DNA of 64,000 nt from a virus (Duplodnaviria > Caudoviricetes): positions 1 through 64,000 of IMG/VR virus record IMGVR_UViG_3300013121_000024. One strand, 5' to 3'. A program made the position numbers and the translations under genes. Position 1 is the first letter of the stretch. Each line of letters opens with the position of its first letter. The notes beneath the pieces were generated by a model. The model did not search any database. It saw only the letters and a program-made list of their open reading frames with translations, and was not told the DNA's origin. Below, in pieces: positions 10,530 to 21,120 of this stretch.

Positions 10530-13030
10530 GTTGTTATTTCCAGTGTCCTAATGTTTGGTTTGGTTGTTCCATTTTTCTGTGTGTAAACTAGAGTACCAAA
10601 GTATTTAGTACCAGCTATGTGCATTATTTTTCTCAGTGAGTTTTCATACTTTTCCAATTCCAGTGAGGACCTGATATCATAAGAGAACTCCTGGTAGTAA
10701 TATCCATCCCTTAGTTTATTAACATCTGACAGGAATCCGTTTCTATCTGCATAAAACCCCTCGGATGATCCGTGTGTCCGAACTAATCCTATTCCTCTTC
10801 CAGTGGTACCTGTGTTTCCTGATGGTGAAAAGTATAGATATTCACCATCGGTAAAATTGAATCCGGAATCAGTGATTTTAATAGAATTTACAGCACCATT
10901 ACCGGTAATTAAGGTAGCATCCACTAATGCATTAACACCTGTATATTTTGAACTAAAGTCGGTAGCTACATAAACCACATTTGCTGTTGTTCCAGAAGTT
11001 TCTCCTACTAGAACACTTGTTGGTCCTGTTGTGGTTTCGAAGAGGTTTTGAGGAAGAACCCGCAAATTCTCAACAACACACTTGTTTGTGCCCGAGTCAA
11101 ATGATGTTACAAGACCTCTACCATTGCTACTTTCTTGTGTGAGAATTTCTCCTGTTATGAATTCTCCGGACACATCTTCCAATTCTAGAACCAAATTCTG
11201 AGCTTTCATCATATAACCATAACGATCATATATTAGAACAAATGGTGGTGCATTGTAATCGGTGCCAGGATTAAGTCCCATCAACAAGGTTTCTTTGCCG
11301 AATGTTATTATTTGTGTGGTTAGTAATTCATTTACCGGTGTGCTGGAGTTTCCAGATGGATTTGCTGGAAATCCATAAGTGCTGGCATTTCCTGGAGTAG
11401 AAATATAATCGGATATTTGATCTGTATCAACTGTAACATCTTCTGTATAAATTAGATTATTGGAATTCACATTCACGGAAGCACCAGAACCTGTTGAAAT
11501 AAAAGATATCGTACCATTCACGAAACTGGATGTTACAAAATTTCCTGTGGTAGAGATAAAATCGTTGTCTATCCCGATTACACCTATGTTGACATTCTGT
11601 GATACGACGTTGCTAGTATTCAAAAGATTGTCGGTGGAGTATAACGTCTCGTTCTGAACAAACACACCAGCCACGTTGCTCAATTGCAACAGTCTTGCTC
11701 CTGTTATATTATTTGAGTACCGTAATACATTACCATTAGCAGTCTCATTCATAAAAACGTCCTTTTGGTATACACGGTCACCCACGGTATAATCCGATGA
11801 ATTCCCATTGACAACCAAAGTTAGAGTGGTGGAATAACCAATTACATTAGCCGTGGTTACACTATTGAAAACTCCATTAGAGACGGTTAGGTTGGCTCCA
11901 ACAGAGTTTCCAACTCCATATATGGCGAGATTGCCAAATCCTCCTGATACCAATTGTATTGTAAGTATACCATTGGTAGCTGTGGAATTAGAGGCCGCAA
12001 CGATATAACCCTCGGCTTCTATTTCATTATTTGCATAGTAGGAATATACATTTTGGCCTACTGAAAACGCTCCATTAGCATTTGTGTAATTTAGGTAATA
12101 TGTTGGTTGTGTTATTGTGTCAAACAAATCGAAGTAGGTATTGGAGTTGGTATTCGTTATACATAAATTGGATACCGTCAAGTATTTTTCTGATACAAAA
12201 ACTTCTGTTGCGTTGGAATAACCATATCCACCATTTACTAGTTCAAATTCCGCCAATCCTGAAACATTTTCTATGCCGGTAACGATACCCTTAGCTCCGA
12301 ACCCCGTGGAAGAGTATATGTCCAATTTATCACCCACGGCGAAATTGTAGCCAGTTCCTTGTAAGTCGATGTCAACATCGGATAATGATCCTACTATTGT
12401 CGGACATTCTTCCATGGTCAAACCAGAATTGGCCGAATTAACAAGTTCGCCCGTTTCGAATGTTCCGGAGAGTGAGGAAATATAGAGCACATCCAACAGA
12501 CGTCTGTTGGATGATGTTCTAACGGCTCTTTCCACGAATGCCGTCGCACCCGATTTAGAACCAACAATTTCTTTATGTACTAGTGCCGACAGGTTTTCGT
12601 TCAATGAGACTTCCAAGTATTTTGGAATTACCCATTTACCAGAACTTGCCTTGAATAGATCGGTGCTTGGATAATACACCTCTGCACCATGTCCGTATTC
12701 AGCTCGTAAAAGCAGATCAATTCCTCTTTCGGTACCCTTGGACCGATATAGGTCTAGTGAATGCTTTAATAATTGTCTTGTTTTTACACTGGAATCTAAT
12801 GCTATTCCATTGAGATACTTTTGTTTGAAGTAAACCAGGAATTCATCTATGGTCTCGTCTATATCCTTCATTTCAAGGAATCGACGGTTGTAATAGAGTG
12901 GGTTATTCTCGGATTCCAGCCATTCCATATAGTACTTGAAGAATTTTACAAACCTAGGACCTTCATCCCTGTATAGTGCAGGGAATTGTGATTCAATAAG
13001 AGGTGATATATTTTTCTGGATTACGTCCAT
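10526..13030 (-). CDS. gp7: Baseplate wedge initiator gp7
   Basis: N-terminal SQFP...F..YY.WLE, LYRSKGT..I..L, ASSGKW. C-terminal D.YYYQEFSY.I.S....H.AGTKYFG. Confidence 0.85.
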   Translation of the reverse strand: MDVIQKNISPLIESQFPALYRDEGPRFVKFFKYYMEWLESENNPLYYNRRFLEMKDIDETIDEFLVYFKQKYLNGIALDSSVKTRQLLKHSLDLYRSKGTERGIDLLLRAEYGHGAEVYYPSTDLFKASSGKWVIPKYLEVSLNENLSALVHKEIVGSKSGATAFVERAVRTSSNRRLLDVLYISSLSGTFETGELVNSANSGLTMEECPTIVGSLSDVDIDLQGTGYNFAVGDKLDIYSSTGFGAKGIVTGIENVSGLAEFELVNGGYGYSNATEVFVSEKYLTVSNLCITNTNSNTYFDLFDTITQPTYYLNYTNANGAFSVGQNVYSYYANNEIEAEGYIVAASNSTATNGILTIQLVSGGFGNLAIYGVGNSVGANLTVSNGVFNSVTTANVIGYSTTLTLVVNGNSSDYTVGDRVYQKDVFMNETANGNVLRYSNNITGARLLQLSNVAGVFVQNETLYSTDNLLNTSNVVSQNVNIGVIGIDNDFISTTGNFVTSSFVNGTISFISTGSGASVNVNSNNLIYTEDVTVDTDQISDYISTPGNASTYGFPANPSGNSSTPVNELLTTQIITFGKETLLMGLNPGTDYNAPPFVLIYDRYGYMMKAQNLVLELEDVSGEFITGEILTQESSNGRGLVTSFDSGTNKCVVENLRVLPQNLFETTTGPTSVLVGETSGTTANVVYVATDFSSKYTGVNALVDATLITGNGAVNSIKITDSGFNFTDGEYLYFSPSGNTGTTGRGIGLVRTHGSSEGFYADRNGFLSDVNKLRDGYYYQEFSYDIRSSLELEKYENSLRKIMHIAGTKYFGTLVYTQKNGTTKPNIRTLEITT

Positions 13031-13036
13031 GGTTTT

Positions 13037-14848
13037 TTATTCTTTAATTCCATTGATTGTTAGTATTATTTCACTTGTCTCGGTCGTCAGTATGTTATTG
13101 ATGGCCGGTTCAATGTCTTGTTCTTCTGGTACGGCATAAAGTCTAATACTATCTCCAGTATAATCTGAGAAGGAGACAGAATTTAGCTTAACGAGTCCAA
13201 GTGTGTAATCGATGGTTCCTACCTTGCTTATTGGTCTAAAGACTCCGGCATCCTTCTTATTGATGTAAATATTTCCATTCCCGTCATCCTGTAGTACACA
13301 ATCAATTCCTCTGTAATTAAATCCAGAGGAAATAAAAGTCGAATCGGTTAAAGTAGAATGGTCATTTACTTGTGGTGGAAAAGTTGATTTTAATGGAATA
13401 CCATAGTTTACAATGAAAGATTCCGAGGATTCTATTGCAGGTGTTATTTTCTTGTATACTTTGAGTATGGTCTCATTGGAAATAATGCTATTGTCTGATG
13501 CATCAATGTATGCACAAAGCTTGCTATACCTTAATTTTACACCAAAATCATCCAAATAGGAATTATTATAATCAAGTATTGCATTTGTCACAATGCTTCG
13601 GATACGGTTGTCATTTTTTGCGGACAATGCCAAGTTGTAATTAACCATCGATTTCACCTGGAAATAGAGATATTCGGGAACAATTATTTCTGGTCTGATA
13701 GTTAGTGACATTTTATCGCCTAGGAATTTACTATACTCCTGTTTTTTTGAATCAGGTATACCACTGACGTTTGAAATGTCAACCGATACAAATACTTTTC
13801 CAAATTGTGGAGGATCCAAGTCTTCTCCGCCTATAGCAGACACGGCATTAATTTCAGGGAATTGAGCTTTTAGTAAAAGTTCGTAATCGTTTGGTATAAC
13901 CGCTCGTTCCTGGACTTGGAAGTGTTTTGGTGCATAGTACTTTACGGATTCCAATGTCTCCGGTTGACTTCCATCGGCAGAATAACTTGGCAATGACACC
14001 TCGACACTGGAGGTTAATTCTGAAATTTCTCCTGTTGGATCAAAGTTACAATTAAAAATCTTTGCTCCATTGGCTGCATCACCAGACGAGACCCTGTAAT
14101 CCAGTATTATTAAGGCTCCGCTATTTGGCCTTTTACCTATCACACCATCACCAAATTGTACTTCATAATATCCATCTTCAGAAGCTTGAAGGAAAAATAC
14201 TTTTGATGTATCTGTTACACCCAGAAGTGTTGTGGCATACGTATAACTATCTCCGATAACCGCTCCATCTTCATATACAGTCACGGTGAGACTGGTTGTG
14301 TCGACCATTTTATTGCTTATCCTGTACCTAGGATATTCTTGTGTACCATCCATGATATAACTATCTTTTAGGTAAACGCCTTCATAGATATCCAACTCAA
14401 ATTCGAAATTTGTGTCTATGGAATCCACTTTAATTGTTTCTGGTACAGAAAATACATAAGCTTCATTTTTTACCAATGTGGAGAAGGTTAATCCTTTTGC
14501 TATGTAATATGGTTGGCTCTCACCAGAGGCCGTAAATGAACAGGTTACCGTGGCCCGCGCACTTCTGGCGCTCCTGGGAAGGTAATTAAGCTCTTTTGCA
14601 TGGGACAACACACTGGAACGTAATTGTGCACTGTCCAAAAATGATTCCGAGAATAACATATTTGTGAAAAAAGCATTATGTCTTGTATTATGGGTAAGAA
14701 GATCAATTAATACAGACAAATTTGAACCGGAGAAATCATAATCTTTAAATTCCGGTTTTGATTGCATATAGGATACTAATGACGCATGAAGTGTATCAAA
14801 ATCAAGGTCTACCAAGTTTAGCGAGGAGTTGTTTATTGTATTAGCCAT
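13037..14848 (-). CDS. gp6: Baseplate wedge subunit gp6
   Basis: LDFD..., FKDYDFSGS, ESFLDSAQLRSSV.SHAKELNY.PRS, FGDG..GK, RAV..DY motifs. Confidence 0.92.
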   Translation of the reverse strand: MANTINNSSLNLVDLDFDTLHASLVSYMQSKPEFKDYDFSGSNLSVLIDLLTHNTRHNAFFTNMLFSESFLDSAQLRSSVLSHAKELNYLPRSARSARATVTCSFTASGESQPYYIAKGLTFSTLVKNEAYVFSVPETIKVDSIDTNFEFELDIYEGVYLKDSYIMDGTQEYPRYRISNKMVDTTSLTVTVYEDGAVIGDSYTYATTLLGVTDTSKVFFLQASEDGYYEVQFGDGVIGKRPNSGALIILDYRVSSGDAANGAKIFNCNFDPTGEISELTSSVEVSLPSYSADGSQPETLESVKYYAPKHFQVQERAVIPNDYELLLKAQFPEINAVSAIGGEDLDPPQFGKVFVSVDISNVSGIPDSKKQEYSKFLGDKMSLTIRPEIIVPEYLYFQVKSMVNYNLALSAKNDNRIRSIVTNAILDYNNSYLDDFGVKLRYSKLCAYIDASDNSIISNETILKVYKKITPAIESSESFIVNYGIPLKSTFPPQVNDHSTLTDSTFISSGFNYRGIDCVLQDDGNGNIYINKKDAGVFRPISKVGTIDYTLGLVKLNSVSFSDYTGDSIRLYAVPEEQDIEPAINNILTTETSEIILTINGIKE

Positions 14849-14854
14849 ATTATC

Positions 14855-15277
14855 TTATCGTACCCTTTTTAACGTTTGAACAAAACTATGTATGACTCCA
14901 GGAGTATTTATCAATGCAAACTGTATGATGATTCTGTACTCATTCTGATCCCCGGATGGTATAACTTCCACGTTATTGAGTGTGCACCTAGGTTCATGAT
15001 TATTTATTGTTTCCGTAATGGTTATTTTTAGTAAGTCTGTGGTTGCGGAATCCACAGGTTCAAATAATAAAGATTGTATCTTGCTTCCCAGATTTGGTTG
15101 ACATGGTCGTTCACCCACATCAGTTAATATAAGGTGTTCAATAGACCTTTTTACAGCTTCCTCGTTGGTGACCTTTTCTAATAAGCTGGTAACAGGGTTC
15201 CGATCCATGTTTATTGTGAAATCGGAATAATATTCTGGCATTTTACTTAGTTTAGTGTATTTATCGGCTCTTGCCAT
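14855..15277 (-). CDS. gp25: Baseplate wedge subunit gp25
   Basis: EAVKRSI..LILT..GERP..P..GS.I..LLFE, I.NHEPR motifs. Confidence 0.92.
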   Translation of the reverse strand: MARADKYTKLSKMPEYYSDFTINMDRNPVTSLLEKVTNEEAVKRSIEHLILTDVGERPCQPNLGSKIQSLLFEPVDSATTDLLKITITETINNHEPRCTLNNVEVIPSGDQNEYRIIIQFALINTPGVIHSFVQTLKRVR

Positions 15278-15319
15278 GTAACCATCCTTTGAGTTTGGCT
15301 AGTTATCCAATGTATAGGT

Positions 15320-15853
15320 TTAGGAATTCATGTAAATATTAGGTGCATTCATTTTTATATCTCCGCCCGACTTAATTGTGGTTTTACCGCCTATCTGCAT
15401 GTCAAGGTCGCCAGCAAAATTCATACTCATCGGACCGGCGGTGGACATATATCCAGAACCAGCAACAGCGGCTTGCATGTTACCCGCGACAACAGTTGTG
15501 GAATCCCCTCCAACTGATATGGCAGCGTCTCCTCGTACCTCAATGTGGGAGCCGCCTTCTACCGTTAATCTTTGACAGCCTGCCATGTTCACATCACCAT
15601 TATGATCTATAGTAGTGGTAACTCCGGATTTGTGGTACATGTGTGTATCTCCGGTGGAGAATACTGTCGTTTTACCATTATGATCGACTTCCATAAATGT
15701 GCTGGAGTTTCCATGTGACCACCGGAACATAGTTTTACCTTCAGCAACCACATGAGTTACCATTGTTCCATCTGGATAAACTTTAGTCCAATTCCATGGA
15801 TACACATCTTCTTTCGGAAATGAGGTAGGTAGATCCCTTGCATTTGTTGCCAT
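15320..15853 (-). CDS. gp5 C-terminal beta-helix (spike) protein
   Basis: YPWN motif, H..TFMEVD..G, then repeated 8-residue V.G beta-helix repeats ending I.MN. Lies directly upstream of gp25. Confidence 0.7.
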   Translation of the reverse strand: MATNARDLPTSFPKEDVYPWNWTKVYPDGTMVTHVVAEGKTMFRWSHGNSSTFMEVDHNGKTTVFSTGDTHMYHKSGVTTTIDHNGDVNMAGCQRLTVEGGSHIEVRGDAAISVGGDSTTVVAGNMQAAVAGSGYMSTAGPMSMNFAGDLDMQIGGKTTIKSGGDIKMNAPNIYMNS

Positions 15854-15867
15854 ATTACTTCCTTTAG

Positions 15868-16821
15868 TTAAACATATGCCCCACCGTCTACAACCACAGT
15901 AATTGTGTCAATTGTATCGGCCGGTGCTAGTGTGGGTCTCAGTTCTTCTTCCTCTTCCTGGACTGTATTTATGAAATCCTGTACCTGTTGTAATTGGTCA
16001 TTCTTTTCAGTGTCCTTTTTCTTGGGATCAAATATTTTTTGTATGAACTGAAGTGCACCAAATAAGTTTTGGGGGCCTACGGATTGTATCATTTTTGGAT
16101 TTAAACCACCCTTGACTTTCTTTAGTTCAAGTATCATATCTAGTGCTTGTGGAATAGCACCAGAAAGGTTCTTTGGGTTAAGTCCTTTGATAAACTGTGT
16201 GGCAGATTTCTGTCCATCAAATTTTACTGTACCAAGGGAGAAAGTATTTGGATTAAAGGACGATTTCAATGCTGTGATATTTCCATAAGAACCTGGTGAT
16301 TCCAGCTTAGCATGCTCGGTGGGTCCTTTTGTGTCATGTTTTGGTGTTTCTTCAGAGATACCGTTTAAAATTCCACCATTTTTAGATCCCCAATAACCAT
16401 TGATTATCCTTAAGTCTTTTCCTTCATTATCTCCATCTGCCACCGGTTTAGGAACATATTTACCACCTTTATCCTGATTGGCATCTCCAGAAGGATTCGT
16501 TAAAGAACCTTCCGATCCTACTACTTTAAGTTGTCCACCAACATATGTACACCATACTAATGTTCCTGGAATATATTCGGTAGCTGGACCGGAAACACCA
16601 TGTAATGCACTGTCTTTTCTAAACGGTTGAGCCCAGTTCAATTTATCATCCGGAACAGCTTGTTTGCTTATATCCAGAGGTCTTACTTTTACTGCACCGG
16701 CCTTTTTTGGATCTTTGTTATCAATGACAACACATGGAACTAAACCAGACTGGTTTCCACCTGGCATAAGACTTGATGTTGATTGGTCCTGTATTGGACC
16801 TGTTAAACCACCCCCACTCAC
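15868..16821 (-). CDS. gp5 N-terminal OB-fold hub protein
   Basis: V.DNKDPKKAG.VKVR, L.WAQP and GTLV motifs of the gp5/VgrG OB-fold. No lysozyme motif is visible. Confidence 0.7.
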   Translation of the reverse strand: MSGGGLTGPIQDQSTSSLMPGGNQSGLVPCVVIDNKDPKKAGAVKVRPLDISKQAVPDDKLNWAQPFRKDSALHGVSGPATEYIPGTLVWCTYVGGQLKVVGSEGSLTNPSGDANQDKGGKYVPKPVADGDNEGKDLRIINGYWGSKNGGILNGISEETPKHDTKGPTEHAKLESPGSYGNITALKSSFNPNTFSLGTVKFDGQKSATQFIKGLNPKNLSGAIPQALDMILELKKVKGGLNPKMIQSVGPQNLFGALQFIQKIFDPKKKDTEKNDQLQQVQDFINTVQEEEEELRPTLAPADTIDTITVVVDGGAYV

Positions 16822-18095
16822 GTGTATGTTCCTCCTTTAATTGCTGCAATATCACAAATGGCCGGATTCTTTACATTTTCGCCCATGGTATAGGAATGTC
16901 TAATTTTGGTTACCAGTGCTTCTCCATCCATGCTAGATACTGTCTTTTTGAATTCGCCTGGAGCTTCCAAGAAATTACAATATATTCTCTGACCAACTGT
17001 TATAATATCCAATGCTCCTTGTGTTGGTACCCTGATAGAATAGCTGGGACCATTTTGAGCGGCCGCGCTGGATAATATACCTTCTGGTGTAGACAATTGA
17101 TAATTACTTCCTTTATCTCCCTGATTTCTTCCATTTCTTACATGGTAATTCGGTTGTGTACCCTCGGCAGATGCAATGTTACCAATAATTTTGGCTGCAT
17201 TTCCTAGGAATCCACTCAAGTCTCCTGCAAATTTGTTTGGTTTTATAAATGATGGTAATTTTTTGATGATGTCCCGTGAGTTTGTGTCAAGAATAAAGTT
17301 CATTTGTTTGGCGGCACCAGCAATTTCATTAATTCCATCTCCACCTGGAATACTTCCTCCTTGTGACATAGGTGTAACACTCATTATAGTTCTATATGCA
17401 TCTCCACCACCGAATTGTTCTTGCCAATTTTTACCAGTGGTAAAGCTTTGGATGAATCGATTTAATATTGGAGTGGATTGGAACAAGAATCCTAATGGTG
17501 CTAATACAGCCTTGTCCTTGTCCCTGAAATAGAGTGTGGTTCCAGGTGAAAATTGAGCATAGTTGGATATTCCAGCTAGACCACGTATCGCTGTAATCAC
17601 GTTTTTGTTATCGATAATGTGTGATGTTTCTTTTGCGAGCACATTAATTGCCGGTATAAGTACGGACAGACTTGTGCCCATGAACATCTTGTGTATAGAG
17701 CTTATGGCAGCCGTTGGCACTTGGCCCACAGGAATTGCTTTTGTTACCAGGTTCTTGTCTTTATAAAACTCTGGACCAATAAGCTCTAATATTCCAAACT
17801 GACTCTTACCACTTGGTGAAGGATCGGCTGCATTTTTTTTGGCCACAAGCAATTCGGCGGTATAAGTATTCACTCCGGAATCAAGTGTTATGGTCACAGG
17901 AGTTCCTGGTGTTGATCCTTTCAACACCAGGTTCTGTATGTTTGGGTTATCTATTAGTATCTTTACTCTTCCGGTGAGATATGGTTTGCAGATATCCTCG
18001 AATATTTCAACTTGGTTGACGTGTTTACTCAAGTCTACTCCACTAATGGTACACTGTGTTATTCTACCACTGGTTGGCTGTACAATTTTTGCCAT
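16818..18095 (-). CDS. Baseplate hub protein (gp27-like)
   Basis: IFEDI.KPYLTG and C-terminal G.ALVTKIRH motifs. Position between gp53 and gp5. Confidence 0.65.
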   Translation of the reverse strand: MAKIVQPTSGRITQCTISGVDLSKHVNQVEIFEDICKPYLTGRVKILIDNPNIQNLVLKGSTPGTPVTITLDSGVNTYTAELLVAKKNAADPSPSGKSQFGILELIGPEFYKDKNLVTKAIPVGQVPTAAISSIHKMFMGTSLSVLIPAINVLAKETSHIIDNKNVITAIRGLAGISNYAQFSPGTTLYFRDKDKAVLAPLGFLFQSTPILNRFIQSFTTGKNWQEQFGGGDAYRTIMSVTPMSQGGSIPGGDGINEIAGAAKQMNFILDTNSRDIIKKLPSFIKPNKFAGDLSGFLGNAAKIIGNIASAEGTQPNYHVRNGRNQGDKGSNYQLSTPEGILSSAAAQNGPSYSIRVPTQGALDIITVGQRIYCNFLEAPGEFKKTVSSMDGEALVTKIRHSYTMGENVKNPAICDIAAIKGGTYT

Positions 18096-18986
18096 TTATT
18101 CTACCACCTTTAGTAGTTGTCTTGTATATTCGGATGCGTCAAAGGAATATTTTGCATCCAATAGTCTGATAAATTTGTTGGCTTCATTTTTCTCATTCTC
18201 ATAATCATAAATCGTGACAGGACCCCAATAATCATATTCCGAATCTTCTATATTATTAACTAATACTTTATGGGATACAATAGTACTAGATGTCCCAGAA
18301 CTACGTCCGAGAATAGTATTTCCAGGATCTAAATATGTGGCATCGAGACCTGTGACATGTTTTACCATGATATAATTATTTGTACTATCAACCAATTCTA
18401 CTTCGGCTTCGCCTACTGTGTTATTACCAGTGTCCTTGATAAGTAGGAGTTCTTCTTTCGTTAAACTACCTACAGTGTTTACATAAATCTGTATAAGTTT
18501 ATTCGTGTTTACTGTCCAGTCTTCCTGTCTTTTTTTGTAAAATACCACTCTAGATCCTTCACCGAATACAGGACTATAGTATTTCTTCAACACTTCTGGA
18601 ACTGTATTTTCAAAATACTCAGGTGTTATTAGAATATCATCATCTGCCCACTTTAATCGGTAAAATATGGTTCTATCTTGGGTGTATTCAATAGAACCAT
18701 ATTTATCTATGAGGTAATTATTGAAATCTGTATAGTCCAAGTACCAGCCATAGTAAGGGTCCACTATGCCATTCATCATGTAGATCATCCACTCGTATTC
18801 CCAGTTTTTATAATAAGCCTCGGCTAGTGTATCAGCACGTAGACCGGAACGTAATTCATATGGATAGAAGAATGTGGGAAGTTTTTCTATGGCCCGATCA
18901 AAAATGACACGTCTGGACATGTCCCTTGTTGTAAGATTATTGTACGTAATAGTTGGAAACTTACTAAAATAGTTGTCGGTCGACAC
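18096..18986 (-). CDS. gp53: Baseplate wedge subunit gp53
   Basis: YFSKFP.I.Y, RADTLA..YY, W.I...N.I.DPY..W, YDYE...NE..K.IRLL motifs. Confidence 0.88.
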   Translation of the reverse strand: MSTDNYFSKFPTITYNNLTTRDMSRRVIFDRAIEKLPTFFYPYELRSGLRADTLAEAYYKNWEYEWMIYMMNGIVDPYYGWYLDYTDFNNYLIDKYGSIEYTQDRTIFYRLKWADDDILITPEYFENTVPEVLKKYYSPVFGEGSRVVFYKKRQEDWTVNTNKLIQIYVNTVGSLTKEELLLIKDTGNNTVGEAEVELVDSTNNYIMVKHVTGLDATYLDPGNTILGRSSGTSSTIVSHKVLVNNIEDSEYDYWGPVTIYDYENEKNEANKFIRLLDAKYSFDASEYTRQLLKVVE

Positions 18987-18991
18987 GGTTT

Positions 18992-19939
18992 TTATTCTCC
19001 TCTTGGACCTATTGTGTCATACATATCATTTGAATCTTTAAAATCTCCACGTAGCCAATACTCCAATTCTAAAAATTGATATTGAAGTCTGACAGTTTCA
19101 GGTGCATTCTGGTTGAACGTTTTGGTATTCGCCTTATAGAATGCCGGAATTCCAGAAGGAGAGTAATTGGTCGTGAAATTGACCAATACCGACGGTTTAA
19201 ACCTGAATAGATATTTTGGATTCGGCGAAAACCCTATGTTAAAGATCATTGGAAAATCAAAGGTGGCCTGGCTTACCGGTCCCCATCTGGCGGCCATAAA
19301 ATTGTTTGATTTTCTTATTATAGTACGCAGCGTTTCACTCTCCACCGCCGTTTTAGGAGAAATAAGAAATTCTAGTTTAAATTGTTTGTACTCCGGACCT
19401 TTTAACAGTACAGTTAGGAATTGGTTGGAAGTGAATCCACCAAATACTCCCGTGCCAATATTGGTATAGGTTCCAATTCCTGGTATAGCAGAAAGTGCGG
19501 CCGCAGAACCACCTAGAGTTCCACCAAGAAAATCCGAAATATTATTCACATTAAAATTGCCTGAAACTAGTTTATTTCCTAGCCCCCACAAAACACCGAG
19601 TTCAGCCTTATCGTCATATTTTACACTGTTGTGGTTGATTAATTGTAATGGTAATGGAAGAATGAATTGTGCCTTGGTGTCCCTGGTATCCATGGCCATC
19701 AAATTTTTTCTGGAATATTCTGATACTCCTAATATAGTATAATACTTTCCCGTTTCGGATGGAATTCTCAGTGGTGTAAGGGTGTTCTGTGCGGACAGCC
19801 AATCATCTATAACAGTAGGTGGCTGTGGTGGATTGTACATGCTGCTTGGGTATTTTACAGTACCACCCTGATTTGTCCCACCAGGAGTTTCAACGGACGT
19901 ATTGTTTTGTATACTAGATATGTTGATGGTGTTTGCCAT
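18992..19939 (-). CDS. gp48: Baseplate tail-tube cap gp48 paralog 2
   Basis: ILPLP, GP.YK.F...F..SPK...ES, FP..F, FKPSVL...NY, F.ELE motifs. Confidence 0.75.
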   Translation of the reverse strand: MANTINISSIQNNTSVETPGGTNQGGTVKYPSSMYNPPQPPTVIDDWLSAQNTLTPLRIPSETGKYYTILGVSEYSRKNLMAMDTRDTKAQFILPLPLQLINHNSVKYDDKAELGVLWGLGNKLVSGNFNVNNISDFLGGTLGGSAAALSAIPGIGTYTNIGTGVFGGFTSNQFLTVLLKGPEYKQFKLEFLISPKTAVESETLRTIIRKSNNFMAARWGPVSQATFDFPMIFNIGFSPNPKYLFRFKPSVLVNFTTNYSPSGIPAFYKANTKTFNQNAPETVRLQYQFLELEYWLRGDFKDSNDMYDTIGPRGE

Positions 19940-21066
19940 TAATCCATGGATCCCCTAAATTGTCCGGACAACCAGTATTCCAATTCAATGAAGTGCATTG
20001 ATACGGTATAGTGTGCCGGTTTAGTATCTTTATGAAATACCGGTAATCCATTGGAATCCATATAGTTGACGATAAGATCCGAACAAACGGCCGGTTTGAA
20101 TTTGTACAGGTAATCCATTTCATTTGATCCATTGGGTCCGGCGGTTCTGTATGATACCTTAAATATTCTAGGAAAAGAAAACAGGGTTCCTCCAAATGTT
20201 AATCCCGGAGAAACATAATTATTCATGTCACGTATTATTTTGTTGACCGTCTCGGCCTCGGCTGCGGACCTCGGGGAGAAATCCCATACAAGTGTGTGGT
20301 GTTTGAACGCTGGACCATGAAATAATACAACCTCAAAATGGTTAGGAGTTACTCCGTATTTACTTTGTATTCCACCACGCACATTAACTCCTACATTTTG
20401 GGAAGCCCAATCAATGGCTCCTGCTATACCTGGACTAATGGATGATCCCACTAGAGCACCTTTGGCCACTGTTTCTCCAGCATTGTCCATCATACCTCTA
20501 ATGGTTCCTATGGAATCTTTACTGTAATCGTGATTCCTATATCGGAATTTATCTAGAGCGCGGTTCATTACCGATTTGCCTGTATTTTTTGCTCCTTGTG
20601 CAATATTACTTAATTGATTGTTTACAGCCGCATTAAGTCCTTTGGTTCGGTAATCGTTAACGATTTGCTTAAGATTGTCATGTCCAGCATTGTAAACGTC
20701 GTTTATTATCTTTCCTGTAACCGGTCCTATAGTGAATACTTCATATATAACATCATGTGCATCTACCAATTGTTTTGGTAGAGGAAGAATTATAGATTGT
20801 CCGAGACTAAGAGGATTGACAGAAATATAGTTGTCTCTTGTGCCATAACTATAAACATCTAGCCTGGTGAAATGTTTGGGTGTATCAGCCGGATATCGGG
20901 TAACACCTATGGAGCTAGAACCTACTAGAGAGGCAGTTAACGATTCCGTTTCATTTGATCTCCTGTTATACACATCATTGGAAGTCGTCCGGTAGTCTAC
21001 AGCAGAACCACCGGTTACATACGAACCAGCCGATGTGTTGTTTAAAGTTCTAATGTCAGGGGGCAT
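19939..21066 (-). CDS. gp48: Baseplate tail-tube cap gp48 paralog 1
   Basis: YP.D, ILPLP, GP.FK.H...W.FSPRS..EA, FKPAV...VNY, F.ELEYW motifs. Confidence 0.78.
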   Translation of the reverse strand: MPPDIRTLNNTSAGSYVTGGSAVDYRTTSNDVYNRRSNETESLTASLVGSSSIGVTRYPADTPKHFTRLDVYSYGTRDNYISVNPLSLGQSIILPLPKQLVDAHDVIYEVFTIGPVTGKIINDVYNAGHDNLKQIVNDYRTKGLNAAVNNQLSNIAQGAKNTGKSVMNRALDKFRYRNHDYSKDSIGTIRGMMDNAGETVAKGALVGSSISPGIAGAIDWASQNVGVNVRGGIQSKYGVTPNHFEVVLFHGPAFKHHTLVWDFSPRSAAEAETVNKIIRDMNNYVSPGLTFGGTLFSFPRIFKVSYRTAGPNGSNEMDYLYKFKPAVCSDLIVNYMDSNGLPVFHKDTKPAHYTVSMHFIELEYWLSGQFRGSMD

Positions 21067-21083
21067 GTTAATTCCTTTTTGGT

Positions 21084-21106
21084 GATAAATACAAAAGGTA
21101 TTTATA
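21084..21106. promoter_or_regulatory. Divergent pair of T4-type late promoters
   Basis: GATAAATA (+, 21084-21091) faces gp4. TATAAATA (-, 21099-21106, exact T4 late consensus) faces the gp48 operon. Confidence 0.7.
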
Positions 21107-21120
21107 CAGGATAGAGGGGA

